The notes: a model not told the origin generated them from the sequence alone. DNA of 63,557 nt, filler included, from Octopus bimaculoides (GCF_001194135.2; 7 parts of 7 records of this genome joined end to end with filler, not necessarily neighbours in it), one strand, 5' to 3'; shown: positions 51,415-62,324, counted from the first letter of the whole stretch. A program made the numbers and translations.

Positions 51415-54400
51415 TTATCTCTCATAATTAAAGAAACAGCAAGTATTATCTCCAAGAGCTCCAATAACTACAAGAGAATTGTTTGAAGCAAATAAGGCCA
51501 TGACATAACGAACTTCAATATCATCAGAACTGAGTAAAGTTTGGCACTTACTGTATAAAGAAACTTGATAAATATCTTTATTTAAATCAGCTATGAAAAC
51601 ATTTTCACCATGTATGGTCAGTGGCCGTTCAGAAATGCCTTGAAATGGTAGTTTTAGTAATGGTAGTGTTAAACTCCTAACTAAATCTCCTCCTCCTCTG
51701 TACCAACAAACAACACATTGAACTTTCTTGTCTTTGATAACAATAATGTCTTCACTTGATGTGACACCAATTGCTGAGATAGCTTTGTCTTCAATAATAA
51801 TTTTCTGACTGTAATCACATGTTTCATCATTGATGTTAAGCACGTCTACATATGAATTAATTCTACATGATTTAACATCACACGCACACACCAGTTGATT
51901 TTCATTCTTTTTATAAATCATGTTGTAGTTTCTCTTAGTGTCGATTGTTTTTAAAAGAGACAGATCTTCTTTGAAGAACATTAGTTGTTTCTCCTCATGA
52001 AAGACAACTACAAAACATTCTGCTGTCCAACAACATATGTCCTGTGGGACTTTATTTATTTTTCTCTGCTGAATTACGTGACCTTCTGTTGTGGTCATTG
52101 TAAGAGTATTTTTAAATAAGAACACAACGGCATTGTTTTGTAATACAACTGGCTTAATATATCTGTACATTCTATATTCCTCTTCTCCAAATGTAGTTAA
52201 GGGAAGAGGAAACATTGTTGTTCTATGAGGCAGACTCCTGACTGCTACTTGATCACTTCCTGACATACTATATGCGATGTAATTGCCACATCTCACCTTT
52301 AGTCTACCTTTGTAAATTATATCCTCTGATGTGCCTCCTGATTCACTGTTTTCCAATTCCTTACTTTGTTCATGACTGAATTTTTTATTATCTGCTTGAA
52401 CTTTACTGGAAGGGAAATGAAGAATAGAACCAAACTTCAATAATGACACACTTTCCAGAACATTCAGTTTGTTGTTGTCTATCTGTATTGCATGATATTC
52501 AGTCAAGTTAATATGTGCACACCAGTAGATGTTTTTCACTTTCCTCCATATTACACCGTAAGGTACAAGACTTTGCCAAATTTTATGCATTGTCAAATCT
52601 CGATTCAGTTGAAATATTTCTTCTCTGTCAGGGGCTGTGACCATGATATATTTTTCTGAGAAACACACACCACCAAGTGTTGTTCCAAGATTTGTGTGGC
52701 ATAACAGTCTCCCATTTCTCTGAAACATTTTAACATTACCAGGATTGGCTTTTTCAATCACAACTGTCTTACCATCAACAGAAATGTCTATATCTTTTAC
52801 CTGAACAGAATAGAGGTCAGTCTGTAGTCGGCAAACATGGAATTTTTCTCGATTAAGTTTGAACAAGCCTTCAACATATAAAGATGTTTCATTATTTCCA
52901 GCAAACCTTGGACCATTACAGTTAATATTGTTGAAATAGAATTTGCATTCAGAACGTTTTTTATTCAAAAATATTTTCTTGTATTCACCAGTTTGCGACA
53001 AACAGACAACATGTGTATGTGAACTGGTGGCATTCCACATAGGAATGTACACATAAATACCATCATTTGTCATACAGTTGTATGGAAAAAGGTGATTAAA
53101 TGAATGTAAACGTTCTCCATCAGAGTTTAGAAAATAGGTAAATGCATCACCACAGACAACAATGATATCATTAGCAATAACTGTAATATGTGAGAAGTCA
53201 CTGGAGGATTTGATCCCAGTTAAGTCTATTTCTTTCTCTATTTGAATGGCTGACTGTCTTTCATTGATATGGATCACAGACAGAGTATATTTCTCAAATC
53301 TCTCAATACCATGGTCACAAACAAATAGATTGTCTGACAAAGAAGCAATACAATTATAACATTTTTCTGTTTGGTAAGTTGAAAAGGACAATGGAAAATC
53401 TGTCTTTAATGTTAAAAGTTGGTTTGTATCAGTTGTAATAACCAGTGTGTTTGACTTCCAGCGACACATATGATGAAGGAGAACGTCCAGATGGATTGAG
53501 TCAAGAAGTTGACCATCAAAAGTTACTAATTTAATGCTATTATTATTTCTGTCGTATACAGCAATTAAGTTATTTTCAGTAATAACTGAACATTCAGCAG
53601 CCACTGGCTTTTTGTCTCCCAAACAAAGAGGTATCAAAAATTCTTGTGCTTTATCGGAAACTGTCAGATCCTCGATATACAATGCAGAAGTCAGCATTTC
53701 ACTGACACAAATCTTTCTGGAGAAAACATCTAATAAGTCAAGGGACATATTCAGCTGATTATTTGTAACGTAATCTTTCACCACTAAATCATGGTCATTT
53801 ATAGCAAACATACGGCTTTCATCGATCAGATAAATAAATTTTTTATCAATACATCCACCATACAGAGAATGTTGAGCTTTGAAACAGGAGTGTAAGGGAC
53901 TGGATCCCATTTTTGATGAAGTATTGTACACAAATATATTCTTCTTAGCAACAATTAATAGATTCAGTGATTCATTTTCTATTGTTAATGATTTTATCAA
54001 AAAGGGAATATTGACTGTAGAAATTATTTCACTTTGGTTGTGTTTTTGAACTGATACAATGTCTAAATGATATGGTTTATCACAAAAGCAAACAATTCGA
54101 CCTTCACTAAGTTTACAGGCCTTTACATAGGAATGGCTTAATGATATAATTCTAACTCGTTTTGATAAATTTCCAATAATCCATAATTCTTTCTCAAGTG
54201 GTAATGTCACTCCCATTTGGCTACTATCCCATCGGCATATATCTGTAGCTAAGGATGGCAGAGAGAATGTATGCACAACCTGTCCTCTTTTAGAAATATA
54301 TAACAAACACTCACTATTTATATCAGACACAACCACCTGTCTGTTCGGCAGATGATATATTTGAGAGATGAGAATTTTCTCATTTTCATCAACAGCACTG

Positions 54401-56619
54401 TATCGTATATTTAGATTTCTGATATAAGGACTTCTTGAGTGTAGACAACAATTTGACCATTCACGATAATTGTAAAAAAGGATCTTGTGGAGGTTAGAGT
54501 CCACTGCACAAATAGTTCCTTTGACAACTCCAATAGTAGAGACAGTAGCTGAAGGAAGTTGCAGCCACCATTTAACTTCTCCATATATATCATAACATAT
54601 GACAATTGACTCTCTACTGTAGAAAACATAGAAGTAAATTTTATTGGTGAAGATATGATGAGGATAGCCATTGAAATCAAGATGCCTTTCGAAAAGCTTT
54701 TTGCAGTGAATTGAATAAAATACCAGTTTATGTTCCTTCTTGATTACAACAACAAAATTGATTGGAGTTGCAGCAATGCTGACATCATAATGTTCTAATG
54801 AAATTTTGTTTTCAATAACAACTTCATTCTCCTTAACCAACAGAATATGTACCTCTTTGTTTTCCTCAGTGGTTAGAGCCAAAAACTTATTGGATACTAT
54901 ATGACACATTTGAATGTAATGAGCATGGACGTCTATCATGGGGCCTTGGTTTAGTACTGGACAATCAGCAGGGCATGTAATATATTGAATTTTCCTGTTT
55001 TCTTTAAACAGAACAAGAAATGAGCTTGAGTCCAATCTACAAAAGTCAGTAGGTTGGAACTGGAAAGTTAATGATTTTCTCCAAATTTTTGTTCCATTAT
55101 CAGCAAATAATATAGCTTTTAGATTCCAATAAGTAACTAACACAGAAGAGCTTGTCATAGGTAGAATCTTTTTAATATGGTAGGGGTCATCAATGTAAAT
55201 TTGATTGTTCAAAACAGGGGCTTGTTTCTGCTGTGAGCAAGTTAACCTTGGCCAAAAGTCTTCATTTCTCCCAACAACATGTCCAACACCGAAATAATCA
55301 GAAAAGAAAATATTTTTGGTGCTTACAGAAAAATATCGAGCTTTTATCCCAATTTCTCTCTGTGATACACTACCTGTAGATGAAATCTTATAAATGATAT
55401 TTCCTTGGAGAACATAAAAATAGTTGTCGTAAACAGTGAGGTCAGTTGGAGCAGTGAGAGAATGGCTATATAACTGAAATAACTGTTGACCTTCAAAATT
55501 ATAACAAGCAATTCTATTTATGTTGGCAAATGTTATTAACATACTATCATTTGTTCCTACGGCGATATTTGTAGGGTCGTCTTTCAGACTGAATATGCTT
55601 TCAACTGTATTATGAACCCAGTCTACGAGATATATTGTTTTACTAAACAATTTGATACCTAAAAAGGTACAATTCTTCACATAAAAAATTTTGTTAAAGC
55701 CACAATGAAAAGTTTTCATTTGACAACTAGAAGGATTAATAATGATAATTTTTTTCCTGAATGGGATCGTTGCCATAACAGTTTGTTTATCAACTCTGGT
55801 AAGGTCAGTGACTGGAGAAGGACTATGAACTACATTGCAGTCACCATCTGTTGTGGAACAAGATAAAGTCATCAAATGTAGTGAATATGTCACTATTCCG
55901 CCCTCGATTGTGACAATATTTGAAATTGTGTTTGGAGAATCTTTATCTGAAGCACTGAAATTTAATGTTCTGGGCACATCCGGTGAGAGTGGCCGAAACT
56001 TTTTCAACGGCTTTTGCATGACAATGGTCTTGTGTGAGAAAGAGTTGCTGTTTGTGTATAAGTCAAAACATTGTTCAAGAAAAGAGGCAACTTCTTTCTG
56101 AACAATATAATCATCAGAATTGGTTTTAAACAATCTGTTTATTGTGTGAATAAGATCTTGTATGAAAAGTTCTTTATTTAATCCTTCACTTTCTAAGTAA
56201 CTGCAAAATTGATCCTTTTTGTTTTCCAACATTTTCATATTGTTTGCACATTCATCGATTGTTAGCTTGTATCCAGCTTTGGGCAAAATACTTGGTACTT
56301 TAACTATTTCCTGCTTTTTCTGGTCACCTTTTTTATGTCTATTGTTTCTTAAGTCATGGGAATATTGCTTCTGCAATTTTTGTGAATCTTCATCTGAAAC
56401 TTCATCTGAAACTTCATCTGTCAAGGTTTCAATTTCATCTTTATGCTTATGATAATATGTTAAAGCTGTTTTCATTTTGAGTGATGATATCTTGAAGCTG
56501 TCTTCCTCTTCCTTTAATTTAAAATTCATATTAGGTGGCAAGCTGTCAGAATCATTAGCACACCTGAAAAAATGTTTTTTTTTGGTATTTTGTCTGTCTT
56601 TTTTCGCTTGAGAAGACAT
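51415..56619 (-). CDS. 1734-aa uninterrupted ORF: charged/helical N-terminus (~aa 1-230) plus ~6 tandem NHL-like (six-bladed beta-propeller-type) modules; uncharacterised TRIM-NHL-related protein
   Basis: A 5.2-kb open frame in AT-rich DNA cannot plausibly be chance, and the composition is globular. A start motif recurs about every 250 aa (aa ~235, 481, 750, 1007, 1273, 1487): hydrophobic strand-D-x-N...G-x(8-12)-[P]-x-D-[IFL]-C. Examples: PVTDLTRVD, PTDFCRLDS, ATDICRWDS, LHHMCRWKS, PQDICCWTA, and IAVYDRNNNSIKL. The fold call is by-eye pattern recognition, not an HMM result. Confidence 0.9.
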   Translation of the reverse strand: MSSQAKKDRQNTKKKHFFRCANDSDSLPPNMNFKLKEEEDSFKISSLKMKTALTYYHKHKDEIETLTDEVSDEVSDEDSQKLQKQYSHDLRNNRHKKGDQKKQEIVKVPSILPKAGYKLTIDECANNMKMLENKKDQFCSYLESEGLNKELFIQDLIHTINRLFKTNSDDYIVQKEVASFLEQCFDLYTNSNSFSHKTIVMQKPLKKFRPLSPDVPRTLNFSASDKDSPNTISNIVTIEGGIVTYSLHLMTLSCSTTDGDCNVVHSPSPVTDLTRVDKQTVMATIPFRKKIIIINPSSCQMKTFHCGFNKIFYVKNCTFLGIKLFSKTIYLVDWVHNTVESIFSLKDDPTNIAVGTNDSMLITFANINRIACYNFEGQQLFQLYSHSLTAPTDLTVYDNYFYVLQGNIIYKISSTGSVSQREIGIKARYFSVSTKNIFFSDYFGVGHVVGRNEDFWPRLTCSQQKQAPVLNNQIYIDDPYHIKKILPMTSSSVLVTYWNLKAILFADNGTKIWRKSLTFQFQPTDFCRLDSSSFLVLFKENRKIQYITCPADCPVLNQGPMIDVHAHYIQMCHIVSNKFLALTTEENKEVHILLVKENEVVIENKISLEHYDVSIAATPINFVVVIKKEHKLVFYSIHCKKLFERHLDFNGYPHHIFTNKIYFYVFYSRESIVICYDIYGEVKWWLQLPSATVSTIGVVKGTICAVDSNLHKILFYNYREWSNCCLHSRSPYIRNLNIRYSAVDENEKILISQIYHLPNRQVVVSDINSECLLYISKRGQVVHTFSLPSLATDICRWDSSQMGVTLPLEKELWIIGNLSKRVRIISLSHSYVKACKLSEGRIVCFCDKPYHLDIVSVQKHNQSEIISTVNIPFLIKSLTIENESLNLLIVAKKNIFVYNTSSKMGSSPLHSCFKAQHSLYGGCIDKKFIYLIDESRMFAINDHDLVVKDYVTNNQLNMSLDLLDVFSRKICVSEMLTSALYIEDLTVSDKAQEFLIPLCLGDKKPVAAECSVITENNLIAVYDRNNNSIKLVTFDGQLLDSIHLDVLLHHMCRWKSNTLVITTDTNQLLTLKTDFPLSFSTYQTEKCYNCIASLSDNLFVCDHGIERFEKYTLSVIHINERQSAIQIEKEIDLTGIKSSSDFSHITVIANDIIVVCGDAFTYFLNSDGERLHSFNHLFPYNCMTNDGIYVYIPMWNATSSHTHVVCLSQTGEYKKIFLNKKRSECKFYFNNINCNGPRFAGNNETSLYVEGLFKLNREKFHVCRLQTDLYSVQVKDIDISVDGKTVVIEKANPGNVKMFQRNGRLLCHTNLGTTLGGVCFSEKYIMVTAPDREEIFQLNRDLTMHKIWQSLVPYGVIWRKVKNIYWCAHINLTEYHAIQIDNNKLNVLESVSLLKFGSILHFPSSKVQADNKKFSHEQSKELENSESGGTSEDIIYKGRLKVRCGNYIAYSMSGSDQVAVRSLPHRTTMFPLPLTTFGEEEYRMYRYIKPVVLQNNAVVFLFKNTLTMTTTEGHVIQQRKINKVPQDICCWTAECFVVVFHEEKQLMFFKEDLSLLKTIDTKRNYNMIYKKNENQLVCACDVKSCRINSYVDVLNINDETCDYSQKIIIEDKAISAIGVTSSEDIIVIKDKKVQCVVCWYRGGGDLVRSLTLPLLKLPFQGISERPLTIHGENVFIADLNKDIYQVSLYSKCQTLLSSDDIEVRYVMALFASNNSLVVIGALGDNTCCFFNYER

Positions 56620-56625
56620 GTCAAG

Positions 56626-56670
56626 CTAAGTAAAAGCAGATCTATAATGAAATATGAACAAAATCAACAT
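56626..56670 (-). promoter_or_regulatory. Candidate splice acceptors just upstream of the ATG of the long ORF
   Basis: The minus strand reads tgttgattttgttcatatttcattatAG/atctgcttttacttAG/cttgacATG. This is a pyrimidine-rich tract with AG at 56643-56642 and 56627-56626. The second AG belongs to the in-frame TAG that bounds the ORF. Confidence 0.45.
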
Positions 56671-57269
56671 TTATTTTCTTGAAAATATTCAAATCTGAAG
56701 AAGATATTTACTTCATAATTTTCAAGCATCTTTTATCTTTTTCTTGTTTTAGTCTTTGGACTGTGGCCACGTTGGGCCACCACCTTAAATGCTTTAGTCA
56801 AACAAATTTTAAAGCCTGTTACTTATTGGTCTGTCTTGCCAAACCGCTAAGTTATGGGAATGTAAACAAACCAACACCACACACATATGCAAACACACAC
56901 ACACACACAAATTTTCACAGCAATCACAAGCTGGATATGCCTATTCATCTCCAACAATAGAGAGCAGTTGCCATATTTCATTCCATAGCAGCTACCTCTG
57001 AAGAGTGCAGGGCTACATATTCGGACTATTACCTAACACTTCTTTGAACCCCTAGTGCAAAACCGATTGGTAAGATCGGGCATAATGAATACATAAAGTT
57101 GTGCACTTTGATTAATATATTGTCAATGTTCAGTACCATATATTAGGTAAAGGCCTCATGGAGGCAAATTGGCTGATGCTGGTGGCACATGAAAAGCACA
57201 ATGACGAATAACAGAGAGCTTTGGCATTATGTTGTGCTTGAGAAGAAGACCCATTAAGCCAAGTAAAAT

Positions 57270-57500
57270 TGCAGTCGTGGCAGATACTGGTGTCCCGCAA
57301 ATGGCACCCATGCCAGTGGCAATTAAAAGCACCCATTATACTCTCAGAGGGGTTGGTATTAGGAAGGGCATTCAGCTGTAGAAACCATGCCAAATCAGAC
57401 TGGAGTCTGGTGCAGCCCGTCAGCTGGCCAGCCCTGGTCAAACTGTCCAACCCCCAACCCATGCCAGCATGGACAACAGACAAGAAATGATGATGATGAC
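57270..57500 (+). mobile_element. Interspersed repeat ending in (GAT)n, RTE-associated SINE-like (second copy 60060-60325)
   Basis: Both copies share ttaggaagggcat(t/c)cagctgtagaaac...cagat(c/t)ggagtctggtg...gtcaaac(t/c)gtccaacc..atg.agcatgga and a gatgat tail. Confidence 0.6.
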
Positions 57501-58699
57501 GATAACACATAACAGGCTTCTTTCAGTTTTCATCAACTAAATCCATTACAAGGCTTTGGTCAGTCTGGGGCTATAGAAAGCATTTGCCCAAGGTGCCACA
57601 CAAGGGACTGAATAAAAGACCACATGATTCAGAAACAAGCATATGTGCCTTTATAGAGTATAAGCAAAATAAAATATGAATTTTTTCCCCCACTCAATGC
57701 AGTGCCCCAGCATGGTCACAGTCAAATGACAGAAACAAGTAAAAGATAAAAGATAATTCCATTTATAAAGCAGTCTAATCAACATTTAAACAACTTTTCA
57801 TTAGAAAAATAATTAGAAATTAGCATTGATGAGATAAAAACATTATAAATCATAGAAATGTATAAAATATTGTTAAGCCACTTAGCCTAGTGATTATGAT
57901 GTTCTGCTCATGACTGTAATGTCAGGGGTTCAATTTTTGGACAGGGCAGCATGATGTTTTTCCCCTGAGCAAGGCACTTCATATCACATTGAGCCAGTTT
58001 ATACAACTGGAAAATAAACAAGAATCACCTCTCTCCAATGAATTCACTCCAGTACCTTTCTTTTTAAGCCTGATACTTATTCTGTCAGTTTATTTTGCCA
58101 AAACCACTAAGTTACAGGACATTAGCACAACAACACCAGTTGTCAAGCAGTGTTGGGGGACAAACACAGACACAAAGGCACACATATACATACATACATA
58201 CAGACAGACTAGTACAAACATGCTATCTTTAAGATAGTATATTTTACATTGATATTATACCACTGTATCACATATTACTATAGTATATATGCATAAGTAT
58301 AAACATGGCCTGCAGGTGGGAATAGAGTTTAATGAAGGGAGGCGTGCGTAGAGTTTCTGAAGATGGTTATTTCACTCTTTAAATGTAGTTTAAGGGAGAT
58401 TTGGCTGCTATTGAAAGGAATACAAGGTGCATTATTAAAGTATACTGGAATTATTACTGAATATATTTTTCATGTACATTGTCACTGCAACTATTGTATG
58501 TTATGCATAGGTTTTCTTTGATTATTGTATAATCTCCAGGTTATTCCTGACATTTTAGTGAGTCTATCAGGTACATTTATTTCATTAGAAAATCCTACAA
58601 ATTATGCTCTGAAAGTCATGTATCTTCATAATCGTTGTGAGGGGTCTGTATTGTTTGTTCTTTGTGTTACTAGACAAATATTTATTTACTATTTGAAAG

Positions 58700-59660
58700 T
58701 ACAAAGTAGTATCAAAAAGTTCCTGGACTAGTTATGTTTAACCATTTGAGCCCGTAACACCAGTTTACCGGTGGATGATTTATTTTTCTCTATACCATAG
58801 CTCCACTCTACCAGTGGAGTACATTGGGAAGCCAGGTCAAATAAGGTTCAGGGGGTTAGGGCTCAAAGGATTAATAAAATATAACTTAAATACCTAAGTT
58901 TTAATATCATCTCCTTCTAAATAGACACCTTGTGCAGTGTATTACTACATTACTGCCACATTTGGAATCTGGTGGTCCTGCCACTTTTGGAATCTAGCCT
59001 GGAAGTCCTTTTCTCTAAGCAAGTTGAGGACCTTCTGTGATTTACTCTGAATCTCAACAATGGTGTTAAAAGTATGGCCTTTGAGTTGCATTTTCATTTT
59101 GGGGAAGAAATGGAAGTCCACAGGTGCTAAATCTGGTGAATAGGGCAAGTGTGGAAGTGATACCGTGTTGTTTTTGGCAAGAAACTAACAAGTGAGGAAA
59201 TCTTGGTGACAGGGTGCATTGCTGTCATGAAGAATCCAATTCTTCCTACTCCACAGATCCGGTTGCTTTCACCAAATGTTCTCCCTCAAATGCTTCAAAA
59301 CATTGCAGTAGAACTCTCGAGTGACGGTCTGGCCCTGGGGGACAAATTCTCAATGCACAACATCACATTTCTGAGCACTTGAGGCATTTCTTCCAGATTT
59401 CTCATTGTCTTCTAGAGATGTTCTGCTTTTGAAGCACCAGTACCACTCAAAACATTGCGTACAACCCATTGCCTTCTCACTATAAGCTTTTAAAGCATGC
59501 TCAATGTTTCACATTGGTAATTTTTGTTCCTGTCCATGACAAAATTGCAGACTACAGCATACATGTGATCACAAAGACACAAATTTCACAACTTGCAAAG
59601 TAAACACAGTGATGTCACTCAGCACACTGCCCCATGAAGGTCGCTGCTAGCTCTCACTGC
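58700..59660 (-). mobile_element. Internally deleted mariner (DD34D-type) relic
   Basis: EFVPQGQTVTREFYCNVLKHLRENI, WILHDSNAPCH, LPYSPDLAPVDFHFFPKMKMQLKG and a C-terminal GVYLEGD. A TIR-like gtatcaaaaagttcctggact lies at ~58709-58729. Confidence 0.85.
58742..58870. mobile_element. 129-bp TTAA-flanked MITE (piggyBac-type) inserted in the mariner end
   Basis: TTAA at 58738-58741 and 58871-58874. Terminal repeats CCATTTGAGCCC and GGGCTCAAAGGA match at 10 of 12 positions. Confidence 0.7.
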
Positions 59661-62289
59661 ACATGCAACCATGTGATGTATTATACGTTTTTTTTTATAT
59701 GGTATATATACATATCCTTTTCTAATGTACACGTTTTTAATATAATACATGTACATTTATAATATCATATCATATCGTATACATTTACCCATTATATGTT
59801 AAATCATACTGTGCGTTTATATATCGTAATGTATTATCTTAAATTGTCAAATATTTTTATACAACTTGGAAACTATGCATGTTTATAATATAGATGACAA
59901 ATATATATATATAGATGACAAATTGTCTGCACTCTTTGTAATGCTTACAAGCTTTCCTCAGCAATGCTTCAGTATTAGTAAGATGTCAGTAATGAGTGTG
60001 TGTTTGACTTTTCAGTCCTGTTGAGCAGATGAAATATGAAGGATAGAGGACTGCTTATAATTGGACTGACTCCTGTGCAGGTGGCATGTAAAAAAAACAC
60101 CATTTGAGCATGGCTGTTGCCAGTACTGCCGGACTGGCCCTTGTACCAGTGGCACGTAAAAAGCACCCACTACACTCTCGAAGTGGTTGGCGTTAGGAAG
60201 GGCATCCAGCTGTAGAAACTCTGCCAGATCAGATTGGAGTCTGGTGTAGCGAGCTGGTTCGCCAGTCCCCAGTCAAACCGTCCAACCCATGCTAGCATGG
60301 AAAGCGGACGTTAAATGATGGTGATGACATGTCAGAGTGACGATGAAAAGAGGACAGTATTAGGTGGTTGTGAGATGTGCTAAAAACAACAGCTAAATTT
60401 CCCTTTAATCACACACAAAATTTTTTTTGTGTGTATAATTGTATGAATTCCTGAGTGTAGAACACAAATTGGCAAAAATTTTCTGAAAATTCCAGAAAAT
60501 AAAAAGGATCTAAAACTAGTTATAGGTTGCTTAAACCAGAATACTAGCCTTATTTTATTGACCCTGAAAGGATAAAAGGCAAATCAGCATTGATAGAATA
60601 TGAACACAGAATATAAAGATGGATGAAATGTTGCTAAGAATTATGTCCAGTGCAAGTAGCTATTCTATCAGTTCATCAAGAGAATTAAAATAGTTATGAC
60701 AATAATTTTTACAGTTCTATATTAAAGAGATGAGGAATAATGCACAAAAATTTTTACCAGAGTAAAACGTCTGGGCTTCAATTCCTGACTGGAATATTTC
60801 TTTGGATTTCAGTACACTTGTTCAGGGCAGTTCCTTGTAAGCGGCTGCCATAAAATGGCTTCTATTCATGTGAGTTAGTTTTATAGATGTGACGGGGAAA
60901 ACTTGTAAACATTATGCAATGTGTGTGTGTGCATGTATGTATTAATGAATGTGCTTGTGTTTGAGTGTGTGTGTGCCTGCTCATGCATGTGTGCTTTTAT
61001 TCCTCAGTTTGATTGCCTCTTTATTTCTATCTTCTTCCATCTAGCTTTCACCATCATAATCAAAAGTATTACCATCCCTCTTCCTCACTCTACACTATTC
61101 ACAAATTTATGTAGGTCAACCACTGCTTCCTACTCAAACAAGTTGTTACTGTTTTCTTTTCTTTTTCTTTTCTTTTCATATTCAGGAGTGGGTGGCAAAA
61201 TGCTTTTTTGCCAACAACATGGTTCCGGATTCACTCCCACTGCATGGCACTTTGGACAAAGTGTTTTCTTCTATAGTCTTGGGCTGACCAAAGTCTTAGC
61301 CTTGTGAATGGATTTGGTAGATGGAAAACTGAAAGCCCATCTATATGATACATAAAAAGGGTAAAACCCCCTTGGACATGAATGACCATGGGATGTACTT
61401 AGAAGTTACCCTCTGAGGCACAAGTCCATGCAAGATTATTTATGGAAGACCAGTAGTCGCCTATGCATACCAGCCTCACCTCTCCACACCACCAATATTA
61501 TACAAGGGAAAGGCAAAGGCATATACAACTTGGCACTAGTGATGTCACAACTCTTTTCTACAGCTGAAGGAACTGGAGCAATGTGAAATAAAGTGTCTTG
61601 CTCAAGAGCACAACATGCAGCCAGGAAGTACACAGAGTTCAGGCAGAGGTTGAAATTATACAACAGTTGTGCAATAGATTTTCAAGCAGGATACATTGAA
61701 AGATACAAGTAGGATATTACAGTTTGGAAAGCAAATGTGACAATGGAGTAAAAACTTTAAAAACGGTTTTATTAACAATTTTTCTGAGGAGACAGGGTCT
61801 ACCCACAGTCTTTCTCAGGAAGTGAAACCAAGACTTATTATTATTTTTTTTTCCAGCATGCTTGTTTGAAGTGATCACTGCGGAAACAAACTGTTATGCA
61901 GTATGTAAACAAACTGGAAAGATAGCTTGTGGTTCCCTTTCAGACAGACACTCTCTCACAGCAGCATTTGCGACTACACCACCAGCAAACACTCTTCCCC
62001 ACCAATTTCTTTTTCATTAAGTGCCCATTTCTACAAATTTCAGTAAGCATCGAAAATACTTTAATAAACAAAATAAACTGAAACGATAAATGCAAACAAA
62101 AATAATTCAACAAACAAAATAGGCACTTTCGAAAACGCTAAAACAAACCGAAAATACTTTTGAAGTCTTCTTTGAACAGTCGATTCAAACATAAACAAGC
62201 AAGAAAAAAACATGAAAAAACAACAACGCGAGGACGTGGAATAAGTACAGTGTTATTGGACGCTCAGGAAAGGAAAGAAAAGAAAGAGG

Positions 62290-62324
62290 ATTTAATGTTT
62301 CGAGCGGAGCTCTTTGTCAGAAAT
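62290..62324 (-). pseudogene. Solo degenerate hammerhead relic
   Basis: The minus strand reads AUUU CUGACAA A GAGC ucc GCUC GAAAC AUU AAAU. Two CG>CA changes separate it from an intact CUGACGA...GAAACGUU core, and stem I AUUU/AAAU is intact. Confidence 0.5.

Noticed and set aside
53534-56452. Small ORFs overlapping the 1734-aa ORF (53534+, 54411-, 55835+, 56219+)
   Set aside because: They are shadows of the long coding frame with no independent features.
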